This document shows, one piece after another, positions 61,991-64,000 of a stretch of DNA of 64,000 nucleotides. Both the position numbers and the translations under genes were made by a program. The stretch comes from Octopus sinensis (taxonomy: Eukaryota). The DNA lies in NCBI RefSeq assembly GCF_006345805.1, contig NC_043014.1:31496001-31560000 (forward strand), written 5' to 3'. The notes beneath the pieces were generated by a model. The model did not search any database and had not been told where the DNA came from. It was given only the letters and a program-made list of their open reading frames with translations. Every line of letters starts with the position of its first letter. Within the stretch, counting starts at the first letter, position 1.

Positions 61991-62137
61991 ATTGCCAATG
62001 ATTCACATGTGATTACATTTTGAAATGACCAGAAGGGAATGGGGGAAGAAAAATTTTTTTAAAGACAGGAGAGTGTAAGAGAAGGAGGCATGTGTGTGTA
62101 TGTGCACTATAGAGACTGATCATACTATTGAAACATG

Positions 62138-62450
62138 GAGACCAGATATGATCAAAGAGGGGTAAAAGAACAAACAGTATAAGATCATTGATTTTGCAAT
62201 CCCATATTATTATAGAGTGGATATCAAGGAAACTGAGAAACTTGAGAAATATCAGAACTTATCCAGAGATGAAGAAACTGTGGACTACAAGAGTCAAAAT
62301 TATTCGTGTGGTAATAATTGGTGCTTTCAGTACAATGCCGACATTATTTCTTAAGAAGCTGAAGGATATCAGAATTGAAATATATATTGATGGCCTCCAA
62401 AAAGTGCCACTCTGTGTTCTGAAAGAACCCTAAGAAAGATTTTTGAGATT
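62138..62450 (+). mobile_element. Decayed R2/R4-group non-LTR retrotransposon REL endonuclease fragment
   Basis: RPDMI..KIIDFAIPYYYRVDIKETEKLEKYQNL, then frameshift EMKKLWTTRVKIIRVVIIGAFSTMP..GLQK: the PD-(D/E)xK REL pattern. Confidence 0.75.
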
Positions 62451-62489
62451 TGAGGAGACTTGTTGTCACAAAACCTCAGAATATCATCA

Positions 62490-62890
62490 TCATCATTTAA
62501 CGTCTGTTTTCCATGCTGGCATGGGTTGGACAGTTTGATTGGAGCTGATAAAGCCAGGGGCTGCAAGCTCCATTGTCTGTTCTGGCATGGTTTCTATGGC
62601 TGGATGCCCTTCCTAATGCCAACTACCTCACAGAGTATACTGTATGCTTTTTATATGGCTTTTAATGTAGCACCAGCACCAGTGCTTTTTATGTAGCACT
62701 AGCAGAGGTATCAATTCTGCTATGGTAGGAGGGTCCACTTTAGTACAGCTGTGCACCAAGATATCTTGGTTAAGTGTCTTGAGATCAGCCTTCAATACTT
62801 CATTCCATGTCTTTGTGAGTCTCCTTCTTCCATAAAGCTCCATCCACTTTAAGTGATTGGCACTTTTGTATGCAACTGTCTACATCCACG
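62490..62890 (-). mobile_element. RTE LINE 3' end
   Basis: Minus strand KVDGALWKKETHKDME / LKADLKTL remnant plus tail CATCATCATTTAACGTCTGTTTTCCATGCTGGCATGGG. Confidence 0.75.
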
Positions 62891-63189
62891 TGCACAAACC
62901 TCTGCTAATTAAAGTAATGTGTAATAGATTTTGGAATAGATTATGATGATGATGATTGCCATCATGTATATTCTGAGCCACAAGTCCTCAGAACATAAAT
63001 GAACATAAAAGTAAATACCATACATCTCCAATACAATAGCAACCAGTTCTGCCATTTATTGCCATTGCTTAATAACAAATGACTAGTTTGTCTTGCCTTA
63101 TTGACTTGGTATAGCAAAGATCCAAAGCAAATATTAAGTGGGCTTCTTGTTAGCATTAGTGTGAATTACATGATAGTAGTCTATTTATG

Positions 63190-63495
63190 TACAGTGTGAT
63201 ATCACAATGTAGTATCAGTGAAGTGCAATGTGATATCTGTGTAGCATCGGTGAAGTAATGTGTATCAGTGCAGTATCAGTGAAGTAGTGTGATTTCACTC
63301 TGTATGGTCTCAGTAAAGTACAGATACGTCAGTGTTACTGTAGTAAAGTACAGTGTAATACCAATAAAGTACAATGTGATATCAGTGTAGTCTCAGTGAA
63401 ATACAGTGTAATATTAGAGTGGAAGTATCAGTAAAGCACAGTATAATATCATAGTATGAAGTCAGAGTGAAGTATCATGTGATATCACAATGTAT
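63190..63495. repeat. Degenerate minisatellite (CAGTGTGATATC / GTAGTATCAGTGAAGT motifs)
   Basis: Recurrent ~20-30-bp units read directly. Confidence 0.7.
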
Positions 63496-64000
63496 TCTCT
63501 GATTTTAACAAGAGCCGCTTGCCAAAGATATCCATTACAAATATAAATGAATATAATTGAAAGATTACAAGCATTTTCTTCTCAGCAACAACACTGCCAC
63601 CACCATTATCAGTATAGCCATCTCGGTTTCCACCACTATCATTGCCAATATGATGAGTACCTCTGCACAATTACCAACCCCTTCATCATTATTACCATGA
63701 CTGCTACTGCTATGACTAAGCGGACCCTACCACTACAATGGTAACAACAATGACAATCACCACTAACATACATCTGCCAGTTTCTTCCAGAGAGCTTCCT
63801 AGCTACCAACTGCAGAGGTAAGAGTTGCCTGGTCATTGTGGTCAGTTGCAGAGACTTTGTGGAGAAATCAATAGCAAATAATGAAATCCTCCACTCCCAT
63901 CTAGTCATGTCACCACACATCCCTTCAAACCCAATCTATTTCCTTGGACAATTAAGGAGTCTTCAACCTTTTAATCTAGAAATAAAAGCAAGAGAATTTT

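Noticed and set aside
61358-62006. His/Pro-rich ORFs up to 210 aa
   Set aside because: Translation of G-rich low-complexity DNA; no domain or splice structure.
63485-63920. ORFs at the window end
   Set aside because: Built from CAC/CAT/ACT trinucleotide-rich low-complexity sequence; no recognisable domain.

Overview
AT-rich, microsatellite-saturated eukaryotic DNA, almost certainly octopus (coleoid cephalopod). This is inferred from its tRNA-headed SINEs, RTE LINE tails ending in (GAT)n and overall repeat style. No host protein-coding gene can be identified with confidence: nearly all ORFs in the track are translations of microsatellites or SINEs. The recognisable protein remnants are all transposon-derived: several RTE LINEs (one young 5'-truncated copy at 48.7-50.0 kb), a Penelope-like RT fragment, a mariner transposase, a Helitron Rep region and an R2/R4-group REL endonuclease. 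Non-coding repeats include two abundant SINE families, a TTAA-flanked piggyBac-type MITE, a hAT-type MITE and non-autonomous Helitrons. The most unusual items are (i) a U6 snRNA retrocopy joined directly to a SINE 3' tail and bracketed by 27-bp inverted repeats (54.65-54.87 kb), (ii) a ~309-bp near-perfect foldback palindrome (38.4-38.7 kb), (iii) a non-autonomous Helitron carrying two 47-bp-stem hairpins (35.3-36.2 kb), (iv) degenerate Penelope-type minimal hammerhead motifs, and (v) a locally templated insertion (16.4 kb copied from 17.8-18.2 kb). A possible first exon of a plus-strand gene lies at ~33.6-34.55 kb. Repeat boundaries were read by eye and are approximate unless a TSD/TIR is quoted.
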